From NCBI GenBank assembly GCA_963788655.1, contig CAWBHS010000090.1, positions 1 to 64,000 on the forward strand: DNA of 64,000 nucleotides, given 5' to 3'. Shown in pieces: positions 34,830 through 45,087 of this stretch (the stretch's first letter is position 1; every line of letters starts with the position of its first letter). Below the pieces are notes generated by a model. The model made no database searches. It was given only the letters and a program-made list of their open reading frames with translations, and was not told the DNA's origin. Origin of the DNA: an uncultured Verrucomicrobiae bacterium (GTDB lineage Bacteria; Verrucomicrobiota; Verrucomicrobiia; Limisphaerales; JAFGQR01). Both the position numbers and the translations under genes were made by a program.

Positions 34830-35747
34830 TCAGAACGGAATATCATCATCGCTAAACTCAGAATGAAAGCTCTTTCCGTATCCCAACTCATCCAAATCAA
34901 GATCGTCATCGATATTCAGGCCGCAAAACTCACAATGAATCAGACGAACGAATTCGCCGGCCACCACCCTCTCAGCGCTGTCGACATCGAAAACATAATC
35001 AGGCTCCGCAACCAATACCGCCCGCTGGTTGCACGCGGGACACGTCGTTTCATATCGGTGTTCCGATTCGAGCCGTTCATCAGTAACCGCCTCGCTGCGT
35101 CGCACCGCCTCCTCATCTTGTTTGGTTGCCTCCCAGTTACTTCTGTGTTCCTCCAGCTTGAGGCGAAGGATGTTCTTGCTATCTTGCTGATAATTTCTGG
35201 CGACATCGATAACGTTATTCTCACATGCTCCGAACCACTCCTTGCGAGAGTTCCTAAGTTCATCGGCAAAATCGATCGTGATGAAGTAGAAATCTCTCTT
35301 CAGTAGGACCATCGCCTTTTCGACGTCGAATAGCGCAAGGTCGTGGTGTGCAAGGACATCGCGCAGATTAGAGAGTCCGAACAGACGATTCTTATTCTTT
35401 TGGGCGGATTCGGAGACCGCCGCAGCTCTAAGTAGGGAATTACGGAAGGTAATAACGTCCGCTTGCGGTGTTTTTGCCAAGATAGTCTTGTTGTCAGCTC
35501 CGTCGACGATTCTTTGCCCGTATAACACTCGCAGTGAATGGCGGAATTCGGGCGACACAAGAACGTAGGTAGGATTTAGATCGTAGAGAATGCCCTTTAA
35601 TACTCTCTCCATGCCAATGGCGAAGTTCAGAATCGCCTGAATTGTGTCGATGCGGCTCATATCCTCTGCGATGCGGGAAGCGCATTCCTGCAAGAAGAAA
35701 CGAGCGCTATCGATGAATGGGTTGTGTTTCACTTTGGTCACATTCAC
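34830..35747 (-). CDS. Predicted HEPN-domain protein with a C-terminal Zn ribbon and SSB-like tail; gene cassette
   Basis: AILNFAIGMERVLK, RDVLAH (RxxxxH), CPAC...CEFC and terminal EFSDDDIPF; AT-richer than flanks; intact ORF. Confidence 0.7.
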   Translation of the reverse strand: MNVTKVKHNPFIDSARFFLQECASRIAEDMSRIDTIQAILNFAIGMERVLKGILYDLNPTYVLVSPEFRHSLRVLYGQRIVDGADNKTILAKTPQADVITFRNSLLRAAAVSESAQKNKNRLFGLSNLRDVLAHHDLALFDVEKAMVLLKRDFYFITIDFADELRNSRKEWFGACENNVIDVARNYQQDSKNILRLKLEEHRSNWEATKQDEEAVRRSEAVTDERLESEHRYETTCPACNQRAVLVAEPDYVFDVDSAERVVAGEFVRLIHCEFCGLNIDDDLDLDELGYGKSFHSEFSDDDIPF

Positions 35748-35800
35748 GCCTAACAATTATTGAACGTCTCAATCGCCATATAAAACCGACGCCGAAATCG
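35748..35800 (-). other. attI-like recombination site (no integrase adjacent)
   Basis: GGTTTTATATGGCGATTGAGACGTTCAATAATT-GTTAGGC immediately before the cassette ORF; AT-rich and non-palindromic, with no RYYYAAC partner within normal attC length. Confidence 0.5.
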
Positions 35801-36053
35801 AAACTTGATTGGAATCCCCAATCGGCTCAGCCATCTTCGTGACCTTGCTAATTTATTATTTGCCGGAAATATACCTCAATTTCGCCGTATAACAAATTGA
35901 AGCGTCGATTTGCGTTGTTAATGTAGTTATGAGGCTGAGCGCGCTTGGTAAAAAGCGCTTTAGAGTAGGTAGTTAACGAGAGAAGCAGTTGAAGCGCATG
36001 CGCAAGTACCGCGTCTTGATTTTAGTACAATCGGTAATGCGCCCTGGCTGGGT

Positions 36054-37598
36054 TCATGTGTCACCGCCGCGTTGCTCATACAGCATCCGCACCATATCAA
36101 TCGTGTCCGCTTCACTGGCCCGCTTATCATCCCGATAGCGTTTCACCCGCGCAAAACGCAACGCGAGGCCGCGCGGGTATTGCGGGCTTGCCTGGATATC
36201 GTTGAAGGCGATTTCCACTACCAGCTCGGGGCGAACGTGGACGACGTGTTGCTCGCGGCCGATTTCCCGGGCCAGGAGTTCGCGGGTCTGCCATTCGAGC
36301 AGTTGATCGGTGAGGCCTTTGAACGTCTTGCCGAGCATGACGAAGGTGTTGTCGCGCGGATCGCGCGCCCCGAGATGCAGATTCGACAACCAGCCTTTGC
36401 GCCGCCCGCTGCCCCACTCCGCTGCGAGCACCACCAGGTCGAGGGTGTGCACCTGCTTGATCTTGAGCCAGCCGCTGCCGCGGTTGCCGGCTTCGTAGGG
36501 TGCATCGAGTGCTTTGGCCATGATCCCTTCGTGGCCGGCGGCGAGCGCCGCGGTGTAGAAGTCGTGGGCCTGTTCCACAGAGTTCGTCACCAGGCGCGGA
36601 ATCAAGACGTCCGCGGGCAGTGCTTCTCGCAGTGCGGCGAAGCGCTCTTCGGTACCGCGATCGAGCCAGTCCTCACCGTCCCAATGCAGACAATCGAAGT
36701 ACCAGGCTTGCAACGGCAAGGCGTTGCGCAGGTCTTCGGCATCGCGCTTGCGCCCGAAGCGGCGCATGGTGATCTGGAACGGTTGCGGTCGCCCGTCTGC
36801 GCGCACGGCGATCGCTTCGCCGTCCAGGATCAGCGATTGCGCCGGCCATGATTGCGCTGCCTTTACCAATTCGGGTACGGCCCCGGTGACGTCGTGCAGA
36901 CCGCGGCTGAACACCCGCACTTCACTACCGCGCTTGTGCAGTTGCACCCGCGCGCCGTCGAGTTTGTATTCCAACGCCGCGCCGCCCAGTTGTTCGAGTG
37001 CGGTCTCGGCGTCTTGCGCGGTTTGCGCCAGCATGGGCTGCAGCGGTTGCATGAGAGTGAGTGCAAAGCGCGCCAGACCGGCGGCTCCTTCGGCCAAGGC
37101 GGCCGACGCCACCGCACCGATGTCGCCGCTGACCATCAGTGCCCGGCGCACGGCGGCCAACGGTTGGTTCACCGCCTGCGCCAGGGCTTCGACCAGCAAA
37201 CCTTCGGCCGCGCCCTGGCGCAATTCACCCAGCAGCAGCCGCGTGAGAAAGTGTTGTTCGCCGGCAGTGGCGCCGGCGTACAACCCGGCGAGGTGTTGCC
37301 GGCGACGGGCGGCGGAGCCGCTGCCGGACGTGGCCGCGAATTCGTCCAAGGTCCGATCGATGTCGTGCAGGTCGAGACTGGGGGCGCCCGCCGCTGGCAC
37401 CGCCGCCATTTCACGCAGCAGAGCCGGTCCCAGGCCGATGCGCCCCTGGGGCAGTTTGCCGGCCAGATAGTTCACGCCCAGCGCCCGTTCGTCGGCGGCA
37501 AGTCGCACCAGTAAATCAACCAGCGCGGTAATCTTGCGCGAGCGGCTGGCGGTGGCGGAAAGCAATGCGGACGTCTGTACGAGTTCGTCGAGCAGCAT
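36054..37598 (-). CDS. ATP-dependent DNA ligase (LigB-like)
   Basis: PMLAQ, EYKLDGAR, ILDGEA, GHEGIMAK, YEAGNRGSGWLKIK, ALRFARV. Confidence 0.93.
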   Translation of the reverse strand: MLLDELVQTSALLSATASRSRKITALVDLLVRLAADERALGVNYLAGKLPQGRIGLGPALLREMAAVPAAGAPSLDLHDIDRTLDEFAATSGSGSAARRRQHLAGLYAGATAGEQHFLTRLLLGELRQGAAEGLLVEALAQAVNQPLAAVRRALMVSGDIGAVASAALAEGAAGLARFALTLMQPLQPMLAQTAQDAETALEQLGGAALEYKLDGARVQLHKRGSEVRVFSRGLHDVTGAVPELVKAAQSWPAQSLILDGEAIAVRADGRPQPFQITMRRFGRKRDAEDLRNALPLQAWYFDCLHWDGEDWLDRGTEERFAALREALPADVLIPRLVTNSVEQAHDFYTAALAAGHEGIMAKALDAPYEAGNRGSGWLKIKQVHTLDLVVLAAEWGSGRRKGWLSNLHLGARDPRDNTFVMLGKTFKGLTDQLLEWQTRELLAREIGREQHVVHVRPELVVEIAFNDIQASPQYPRGLALRFARVKRYRDDKRASEADTIDMVRMLYEQRGGDT

Positions 37599-37751
37599 CG
37601 GTTCTCCGCCAGCGCCAAGGTTCCAGGGCAGTGCTTATTGCATCAGCTTGGGCCGCCCTGCGGCGGGTACAAGCGCAGACGGTCGATAACTGTCGCCGCT
37701 GGCCGTACCATGGCCCCCGGGTTCAGCGTTCACGCATATATCTCTGACGCC

Positions 37752-39512
37752 ATGCAACGATCGATCGCCCAACGCTGGCGCGCCGCCTGGGGACGCGCCT
37801 TGGACAATTTCCGGCTCCGGGTTTCGCGCCCGGACGCCCTGCCCCAACTGGCGCTGCTGGGCGTGATCAGCGGCGTGCTGGCGGGACTGACCATCATCGC
37901 CTTCCGGCTCACGGTGCAGTGGATCCGCATGGCGTGGGTGCCGGGCGCCAGTTTCGGTGTCGAACACTACGAACACATGCCCGCACTGTGGCGGCTGCTG
38001 CTGCCGTTGGGCGGCGGCGTGCTGCTGGGCCTGGGATTTCACTTCCTGGCCGATAGCGAACGCCGGGTCGGCGTTTTGCACATCATGGAACGCCTGGCCT
38101 ATCACCAGGGACACTTGCCGTGGCGCAATGCGCTGGCGCAGTTTCTGGGGGGCGTTGCGGCCATCGTCAGCGGCCAGTCCATCGGTCGAGAGGGTCCGAG
38201 CGCGCATCTGGGCGCCGCCAGCAGCAATCTGCCCGCCCAGGCGCTGCAACTGCCCAACAACAGTTTGCGGGTCATGCTTGCCTGCGGTGCCGCTGCCGGG
38301 ATCGCCGCATCGTTCAACATCCCGTTGGCGGGCACGGTGTTCGCCATGGAAGTGTTGATGATGGAATACACCGTCGCCGGCTTCGCGCCGGTGATCCTGG
38401 CATCGGTCAGTGCGACTTTTCTCACCCGCTTGGTGTTCGGCGAGAACCTGGCCTTTCAAGTGCCGCTGCTGCAACTGGGTTCGTTGCTGCAATTGCCGTA
38501 CATCGTCGTGCTCGGCATCGCGGTGGGCGCCTTGGGCGCAGGGTTTGGACGGGTAATGGCAGTGCTGGCGCGCGCCGCCATGCGCATGCCGGTCTGGCTG
38601 GGCCTGAGTCTGGCGGGCCTGGTCGTTGGCGTGTGCGGCCTGCTGCAACCGGCGGTACTGGGCATCGGTGACCAGGCCATCACCCGCGCCCTGGACGGGC
38701 ATCTGGAAATCGTATTCCTGCTCACCCTGCTGGCGCTGAAGTTCATCGCCAGCAGCGCTGCGTTGGGCTTGGGCATACCGGGCGGCGTGATCGGCCCGAG
38801 TCTGGTGCTGGGCGCCACTGTTGGCGCGCTGCTCGGCGTATTGGCGGCCGCCGCGGATCTGGCTCCGGCCAGCGCGGTGGGGATGTATGCGCTGATCGGC
38901 ATGGGCGCGATGATGGCCGGTACGTTGCAGGCGCCGCTGACAGGCTTGGTCGCCATGCTCGAACTCACCGGCCATCCCCAAGTGCTGTTGCCGGGCATGC
39001 TGGCGGTGATCACAGCGACCATCACCTACGGCATGCTGTTTCGGCGCGAGTCCATATTCCGCACCGGCATGCGCATCCGCGGCATCGACTACCGCAACGA
39101 CGCGCTCGCCCAAAGCCTGCGCCGGGTCGGCGTCGCCGGCGTCATGGAACGCGGCGTCGCTACCGTGCCGCGCCAAGTCGAGCGGGCGCGGGCCGAACAG
39201 AGCCTGGCAGACAATCAGACATGGTTGCTGGTCCGCGACCCGGACCAGCCGGACGTGTTGTTGGCCGCAGTGGACCTGGTGCGCGCATTGAAGGAGAACC
39301 CCGACGCCGCGTCCTTCGATCTGCGCGAACTGCCCGGCGCGCGCCTGCAGGCTGCGCCCATCGACATGCAGGCGAGCCTGCAGGAAGCGCGGGAGTTGAT
39401 GCAGGAATCGGGGGCCGAAGCGCTGTACGTAACGCGCCATACGGTGCCGGGCGTGATCCGCGTTTACGGCGTGCTGTTGAACGAAGACATCGAGCGCGGC
39501 TATCGCTTATGA
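37752..39512 (+). CDS. ClC chloride channel / antiporter protein with degenerate CBS region
   Basis: SIGREGP, GAAAGIAASFNIPLAG, GIPGGVIGPSL, APLTG. Confidence 0.9.
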   Translation: MQRSIAQRWRAAWGRALDNFRLRVSRPDALPQLALLGVISGVLAGLTIIAFRLTVQWIRMAWVPGASFGVEHYEHMPALWRLLLPLGGGVLLGLGFHFLADSERRVGVLHIMERLAYHQGHLPWRNALAQFLGGVAAIVSGQSIGREGPSAHLGAASSNLPAQALQLPNNSLRVMLACGAAAGIAASFNIPLAGTVFAMEVLMMEYTVAGFAPVILASVSATFLTRLVFGENLAFQVPLLQLGSLLQLPYIVVLGIAVGALGAGFGRVMAVLARAAMRMPVWLGLSLAGLVVGVCGLLQPAVLGIGDQAITRALDGHLEIVFLLTLLALKFIASSAALGLGIPGGVIGPSLVLGATVGALLGVLAAAADLAPASAVGMYALIGMGAMMAGTLQAPLTGLVAMLELTGHPQVLLPGMLAVITATITYGMLFRRESIFRTGMRIRGIDYRNDALAQSLRRVGVAGVMERGVATVPRQVERARAEQSLADNQTWLLVRDPDQPDVLLAAVDLVRALKENPDAASFDLRELPGARLQAAPIDMQASLQEARELMQESGAEALYVTRHTVPGVIRVYGVLLNEDIERGYRL

Positions 39513-39685
39513 GGCTGACGCCGGGATTGCACGCCCGGCCCAGCGCGCTTTACCGAATTGCGCATCGCCTCATGCGAGTTGCGTTTGCCGCGGATTTTAT
39601 CGTTACCATTGCACCATCCGGTGTCGTGGCTTTGCCAGGGTTATGCATGTCGCGGCCCATCGCGGAAACTTCATGCGGGAGCGCA

Positions 39686-40003
39686 ATGATGCGATCCGTC
39701 ATAATCCTGGGCATCGTAAGTATTTCGTATGCGAGCGCCTGTACGCCGGAAAACACGCTGAGCGAACAGGAGCGTCAGTTGCAGAATGCCGCGGACAGTG
39801 AAGTTGCGGCGATCCTGTTCGAGGAAGACCTTAGCCAGCGTGCTTCATACAAAGTGCGCAAGAACGGCGTCGTGGTCATCAAGTTCGCCGAGTCGGTGAC
39901 GCCGGCAACCTATACGCGCGTGGTCCAACGGCTGCGCAGCGATCCCCACATCCGCGCAGTGCGAGCCGAGCAGGCGGGACGCGAAGTCTGTCCGCTGCGC
40001 TGA
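39686..40003 (+). CDS. Small exported hypothetical protein (probable lipoprotein)
   Basis: MMRSVIILGIVSISYASAC signal/lipobox-like N-terminus; GGGAG RBS. Confidence 0.6.
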   Translation: MMRSVIILGIVSISYASACTPENTLSEQERQLQNAADSEVAAILFEEDLSQRASYKVRKNGVVVIKFAESVTPATYTRVVQRLRSDPHIRAVRAEQAGREVCPLR

Positions 40004-40027
40004 GCGTGGCAATTGGTTGCCGTAGGC

Positions 40028-40072
40028 GTAGGTCGGGCTGCACCCGACATGCCGGCCGACAGGCCGACCTAT
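40028..40072. repeat. GTAG-type REP element with partial inverted mate
   Basis: GTAG-GTCGGG-CTGCA-CCCGAC followed by CCGACCTAT, between convergent genes. Confidence 0.65.
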
Positions 40073-40143
40073 GTGGGCGTGGGAACGGTTATCAGTAAGG
40101 CATCGATATCGCGCGAACGCGTGCAAGGTGGCCATGGGCCGCC

Positions 40144-41289
40144 CTATCGGTCTTTGCCGTAACCCGCCAATTCCATATAGCCGCGGCCTTGTACCGTGTG
40201 ACCGAGATGACGGCCGTGTACGTCCACGGCACCTTCCCAATACCGCACCGATGCGTGCAGTTCCTGATCGGCGACGAGCGGCTGCAATTCGAGATCGAGT
40301 TTTACCTTGGGAACGCGGATACGCCAGCGCGCCGGGTAGTGGATGCCGTCCGAACTGCGCCATTTGCTGAGCACTTCGGTCTGCACATCGCCGTGGTCCA
40401 GATGCACGGCGTTGCCCTTGGCATCGATCAATGTGCCGTTGCTGTGTTCATCGATGGTGCCGTCCTGGCGCCGCAAGCGGTAGAACATGAGGTCGTAACC
40501 GTCGTCCAGATGCAGCGCGAACCAGTCCCAGCCGCTTTGCTGCGGGCCGAGGGCGCTGGTGCTCCACTCCCGATCCATCCACGAAAGCCCCTGCACCGCG
40601 TAGCGCGCGCCGCCGATGGTCAATTCGCCTTGGCTGCGCAAGCGGGGAATGGAGTAGTAATAGGATGCGTTGCCCGGAGCATCGCTTTTGCGGCTCAGGC
40701 CCGCGTCGCCCTGCAGGACAACGGGTTTGATAGGCGTCAGCGACAGATCGAGGCGGCTGCCGTCATCGCCCTGGGCATGCAGATTCCAGTTGCCGCCCTG
40801 GGTATCCAGTCCCCAGTCGTCGATCCACAAGTGCAACGGTCCGGCTTCGGCGCCGGCCAGTCCAACCGCGCCGCGCTCGATTTTCTCGAACCAGTGAAAC
40901 TGCTGCGCCTGCGCATCGGTGACGGTGAAATGCGCCATGTACAGTTGGTTGGTGGCCCAGTGGGAAGCGCGCTGCGGCGGTTGCGGCGCCAGTGCGAAAC
41001 GGAACAAAGTCCATTGATACCCGAAGCGACGACCATCGGCGGCTTGAAGATTGCCGGTGAAATACCACCACTCGCTGCGATAACGCGGATGCGGTCCATG
41101 GTCGGCCGGGAACTCGAACCGACGCTCGGTGTCGGCACGGGCGAACCCTTCGGACGTTGCGCCGCCCGGCGTATCGCCGAGCAACTCACCAAGGCGCAGC
41201 GCATTTGTCGCCGGTTCGGACTGCGGTTGACCGCAGGCACCGAGCAAGGCTGTCAGTGACAGCGACAATGCGGCAAGGTAGCGGTTCAT
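40144..41289 (-). CDS. Lipocalin-like / carotenoid 1,2-hydratase-like (AttH-like) lipoprotein
   Basis: Lipobox LLGA-C, FPADHGPH, EWWYFTGNL, SYYYS, WMDREWS, GWDWF, YWEG, GYMELAGY. Confidence 0.9.
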   Translation of the reverse strand: MNRYLAALSLSLTALLGACGQPQSEPATNALRLGELLGDTPGGATSEGFARADTERRFEFPADHGPHPRYRSEWWYFTGNLQAADGRRFGYQWTLFRFALAPQPPQRASHWATNQLYMAHFTVTDAQAQQFHWFEKIERGAVGLAGAEAGPLHLWIDDWGLDTQGGNWNLHAQGDDGSRLDLSLTPIKPVVLQGDAGLSRKSDAPGNASYYYSIPRLRSQGELTIGGARYAVQGLSWMDREWSTSALGPQQSGWDWFALHLDDGYDLMFYRLRRQDGTIDEHSNGTLIDAKGNAVHLDHGDVQTEVLSKWRSSDGIHYPARWRIRVPKVKLDLELQPLVADQELHASVRYWEGAVDVHGRHLGHTVQGRGYMELAGYGKDR

Positions 41290-43823
41290 TCTTCGCGCAA
41301 CGCAGCCGCCGGCGAAGTACGCGCCATGCGCCAGCCGGGCCAGACGCCGGCCAACAACGCCGCCACCAATGCCAGCGCCACACCCTGCAGCAGCAGATGG
41401 GGCGCGATCGACATGTCCATGGACCAACCGAACGCACGGCGGTTGATGACATGGGTGAGCAACGCCGCCAGCACCAACCCCGTCGGCACCGCCAATACGC
41501 CGGCCGCCAGCCCCATGCAACCGGTCTGGGCGGTCACCATGGCCAATACCTGGCCGGGCGTGAAACCGGTGGCGCGCAGCACCGCCATTTCCTTCGCCCG
41601 TTCCAATTGCAGCGCCATCAGCGCGCTTAGGATGCCGACGAATGCCACCAGCATGGCGAGGGTGCGCAGCACGTTGGTGATGACGAAGGTCCGATCGAAA
41701 ATATCCAGTGACAAGGCCCGCAGTTGGGCGTTGGAACGAATGGCGATGGCCTGCTTCGGCGCCCATTGCGCAACCCGCGCGCGCACTTGCGACAGCACAT
41801 CCTGCAACGCCGCCTTCGGCGCCAGATACAAGCCGATCCCACCGACGCCGGGATCGTTGAAATAACGCAAATACAACGGCCGCGACATCAGCACTTCGCC
41901 CTGTTCGGAACCGTAATCGTAATACACCGCCGCAATCGCAAAAGACTGCGGCCCGCGCTCGGTGGGCAGAGCGATGGTATCGCCTGCATGCAGTTTGCGC
42001 CGCCAGGCCAGCGGTTCGGACACCAGCACGGCATCGCCGCTGCGAAAGCGCTGCCAGACCCCATCGGGCTGTCCCTGCAGCAGCGGATAACGGGGCGTCA
42101 GGTGATCGCTGAGCCCCAAAGCGAACACATCCGTCAGGCCTTGGGGTGTGGTCAGGGTCACGCTCCGGCCCCGGGAGATCCCGGACACACCCGGCAGCGC
42201 CGCCAACTCGTCGATCAATTGCGGCGGCAGATCGCCGCGACTGTGTCCGGCCCGCAAGGTGGTCACCGAGACATAGATGTCCGCCTGCAGGCTCGCCTCC
42301 AGCCAGCGGGCGACGCTGTCGCGAAAACTTTCCACCATGACGCCGACGCCGACGGTGGTGGCCACCGCCAAGGTCAGCGCGGCAATGGCAACGCCGGTAC
42401 GGCTCAGGGATGCCGCGATACCCTGCAGTAGCAAACGCGCTTCGACACCAAGGCGTGTCGCCAGCGGTGTGGTCAGGCGTACCATCCAATACACGGCATA
42501 GGGCGTTGCCGCGGCAATGCCCACCAGCAACAGAAACAAGGCGCCGAATCCCGCCAGCAGGCTGCGGTCACTCCACCACAACAACGCCAGCCCGGCGCCT
42601 GCCAGCAGCACGCCGAGCAACGCCAGCCGCGGTGCCAGCCAGTGACTGCGTGCCTCCAATTGCGAGCGTTGCAACGCGGCATGGGGCGACGTATTGGCCG
42701 CTTCCAATGCCGGTGCGGTCGCCGCCAGCAGCGTCGCGCCCAGGCCCAGCAGCGCACCTTTCCACAACGGTGTCGGCGTCAGCAGATACTGGGTCACCGT
42801 GAGCACGAAATAGTGGTCGTTGATGGTGCGCGTCACCAACTGCAACAGGGCCTCGCCCAGCAGCGTGCCCGCCACCAGACCGAACAGGGTGCCGACGATT
42901 CCGAGCGCCAGCGCTTCGATCAACACCAACCGGAAGGCTTCGGCGCGGGTGACTCCCAGGGCCCGCAAGGTGCCCAGCAGCCGGCGCCGCTGCAGCACCA
43001 TGAAAGTGACGCTGTTGTAGATCAGGAACATGGCCACCACCATCGCCAGCAAGCTCATGGCGGTGAGGTTGGTGGTGAACGCGTCGGTCATTTGCTCGGT
43101 GGTGCGGCTGCGTCCGGCGGCGCTCAACAGTTGTACGTCCGCCGGCAGGTCTTTCGCCAACTGCTGTCGCTGCGCGGAGGTCAGGATCAAATCGATGCGG
43201 CTGAGCCGGCCGACCATACGCGCCAGTTCCTGCGCCGTGGCGATGTCGGCCACTACCAGACCTTCGACGGCGGCCGCGGCCCCGCTGCGGGCATGCAGCA
43301 GACCGACAATGTGCATTTGCCGTTGACGACCGGCGATCACCAGGCTGGCATGGTCGCCGACGCGCAGCCCGAGCCGCCGTGCCGTCGGCGCCGCCAACAG
43401 CACCGCACCGGCCTCGGTCAAAAGAGTCGCGGTGCGCGCACCCGCGTCGGCATCGGCGGCGCCTGCCAGCAGATCGCGAAAACGGCGTTCGGAAAACGGA
43501 TCGACGCCCAGCAGGTGCACCGGCTGCTGGTCGAGCGTGCCGTAGGCCTCCACCACCGGCGCCGCCGGCGGCGCACCGGGCCGGCGCCGCACACCTACAT
43601 ACAGTCGCTCGTCGACGCCGGCCGGTCCGCCCACGATTTGATGACTGGCGTGGCCATACAACTCGGACATGGAAAGTTCGAACGCGCGCGCGGCACTGGT
43701 ATTGGCCAGATCCACCGCCACCACCACCGCGACCCCGAGCGCCACGCCGAGCACCGCCAGCGCCACTTGCCAAGGATGCCGCCACAGGAATCGCCAACCG
43801 GCGCGCTGGGCGAGGCTCACCAT
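41286..43823 (-). CDS. FtsX-like ABC transporter permease (duplicated)
   Basis: LGVALGVAVVVAVDLAN, QRRRLLGTLRALG, ERAKEMAVLRATG, INRRAFGW. Confidence 0.9.
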   Translation of the reverse strand: MVSLAQRAGWRFLWRHPWQVALAVLGVALGVAVVVAVDLANTSAARAFELSMSELYGHASHQIVGGPAGVDERLYVGVRRRPGAPPAAPVVEAYGTLDQQPVHLLGVDPFSERRFRDLLAGAADADAGARTATLLTEAGAVLLAAPTARRLGLRVGDHASLVIAGRQRQMHIVGLLHARSGAAAAVEGLVVADIATAQELARMVGRLSRIDLILTSAQRQQLAKDLPADVQLLSAAGRSRTTEQMTDAFTTNLTAMSLLAMVVAMFLIYNSVTFMVLQRRRLLGTLRALGVTRAEAFRLVLIEALALGIVGTLFGLVAGTLLGEALLQLVTRTINDHYFVLTVTQYLLTPTPLWKGALLGLGATLLAATAPALEAANTSPHAALQRSQLEARSHWLAPRLALLGVLLAGAGLALLWWSDRSLLAGFGALFLLLVGIAAATPYAVYWMVRLTTPLATRLGVEARLLLQGIAASLSRTGVAIAALTLAVATTVGVGVMVESFRDSVARWLEASLQADIYVSVTTLRAGHSRGDLPPQLIDELAALPGVSGISRGRSVTLTTPQGLTDVFALGLSDHLTPRYPLLQGQPDGVWQRFRSGDAVLVSEPLAWRRKLHAGDTIALPTERGPQSFAIAAVYYDYGSEQGEVLMSRPLYLRYFNDPGVGGIGLYLAPKAALQDVLSQVRARVAQWAPKQAIAIRSNAQLRALSLDIFDRTFVITNVLRTLAMLVAFVGILSALMALQLERAKEMAVLRATGFTPGQVLAMVTAQTGCMGLAAGVLAVPTGLVLAALLTHVINRRAFGWSMDMSIAPHLLLQGVALALVAALLAGVWPGWRMARTSPAAALREE

Positions 43824-44539
43824 CCCTGCTGCTCTTCCATGCTGGCCGGTCGGCCATCCTGCAACACCAGCACCCGATCGGCGATGGCGGCCACTTCCCG
43901 GGAATGGGTCACCACCATCAGAGTCTGACCTCGCTCCCGCACTAGGCGTTGCAACAGCGCCAGCACCCGGCGACCGCTGTCGGCGTCCAGGTTGCCGGTA
44001 GGTTCGTCCGCCAACACCAGGGTGGGTTCGTGCACCAGCGCCCGGGCGATGGCGACCCGCTGCTGTTCGCCGCCGGACAGGCGGTCGGGAAACGTGTCCG
44101 CCCGGTCGGCCAGTTCGACTTCCGCCAGCATCCGCAACGCTTCCGCTGCCGACTCCCGACGTCGGCCGACGAGTTCCAGCGGCAGACGCACGTTCTCCGC
44201 TACGGTCAGGGTCGGGATCAGATTGAAGAACTGATAGATGAAGCCGATGTGGTGACGCCGGAACAGCGTACGCGCCCGTTCCGACAACGCACTCAGCTCG
44301 ATGCCGCCGATATGGATCGAACCCTGGTCGGGATAATCGATGCCGCTGAGAAGATTGAGCAGGGTGGATTTACCTGAGCCGCTGCGTCCCACCAAGGCAA
44401 CGATCTCGCCACGCTGCACTTGCAGGTCGACGCCGCGCAGCACACTGCGCGCCCGTTCGCCCTCGCGAAACGCACGCTGCAGATTGCGCACCTGCAGCAG
44501 TGGAGTCCCGGCTTCGGTCGACGGCGCAGCCACGGTCAA
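43817..44539 (-). CDS. ABC transporter ATP-binding protein (LolD/MacB-like)
   Basis: [33 protein letters not shown]. Confidence 0.93.
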   Translation of the reverse strand: MTVAAPSTEAGTPLLQVRNLQRAFREGERARSVLRGVDLQVQRGEIVALVGRSGSGKSTLLNLLSGIDYPDQGSIHIGGIELSALSERARTLFRRHHIGFIYQFFNLIPTLTVAENVRLPLELVGRRRESAAEALRMLAEVELADRADTFPDRLSGGEQQRVAIARALVHEPTLVLADEPTGNLDADSGRRVLALLQRLVRERGQTLMVVTHSREVAAIADRVLVLQDGRPASMEEQQGW

Positions 44540-45087
44540 TGCAGTGGCGACACGCCGAACAACAGCGGATGCACCCGCAGCAGACCGACATAGACCATGA
44601 CGCCGATGATCGCCGTGAACGCGTCCCGCGACCAGGGGACAGGCGCTGTGGATTTTTGTGCGCCGCGCAAATTAGCCGACAACATATCCAGCAAGGCGTA
44701 GACCCCGAACCCGCCGAATAACAACAGCGCAGCGCGATCGCCATTGGCAAGCAGATGCGCCAGCGCCCACAAGGTGACGCCCCACAACATCGGGTGCCGC
44801 GTGAAGCGGCGTGCGTTGCCGGGTGCATAGGCCGCCACCAATAGAATTGACGCCGGCAACATCAGCGCCAACGCCCAATGCGCGCCCCAGGGCGGCGGCG
44901 TGTACACGGGTACGAACGGTGCGCGGCCGAAGCCGATGACCATCAACACGAAGCCCAGCAACGACAGCAGCGCAAACACAGCTTGATAGCCGCGCTCTCC
45001 CAAGCTGCGAATCATCGCCGCCCGCAACGGCGGCAACCACGGCACCATGTGGGTCGCGAAAAACAGTACCAAGCCCGCAATCAGCAT
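44536..45087 (-). CDS. NnrU family membrane protein
   Basis: GLVLFFATH, TRHPMLWGVTLWALAHLLANGD, HPLLFGVSP. Confidence 0.88.
   Translation of the reverse strand: MLIAGLVLFFATHMVPWLPPLRAAMIRSLGERGYQAVFALLSLLGFVLMVIGFGRAPFVPVYTPPPWGAHWALALMLPASILLVAAYAPGNARRFTRHPMLWGVTLWALAHLLANGDRAALLLFGGFGVYALLDMLSANLRGAQKSTAPVPWSRDAFTAIIGVMVYVGLLRVHPLLFGVSPLH

Noticed and set aside
35800..36054. Integron integrase gene
   Set aside because: No ORF or tyrosine-recombinase motifs; the interval is too short
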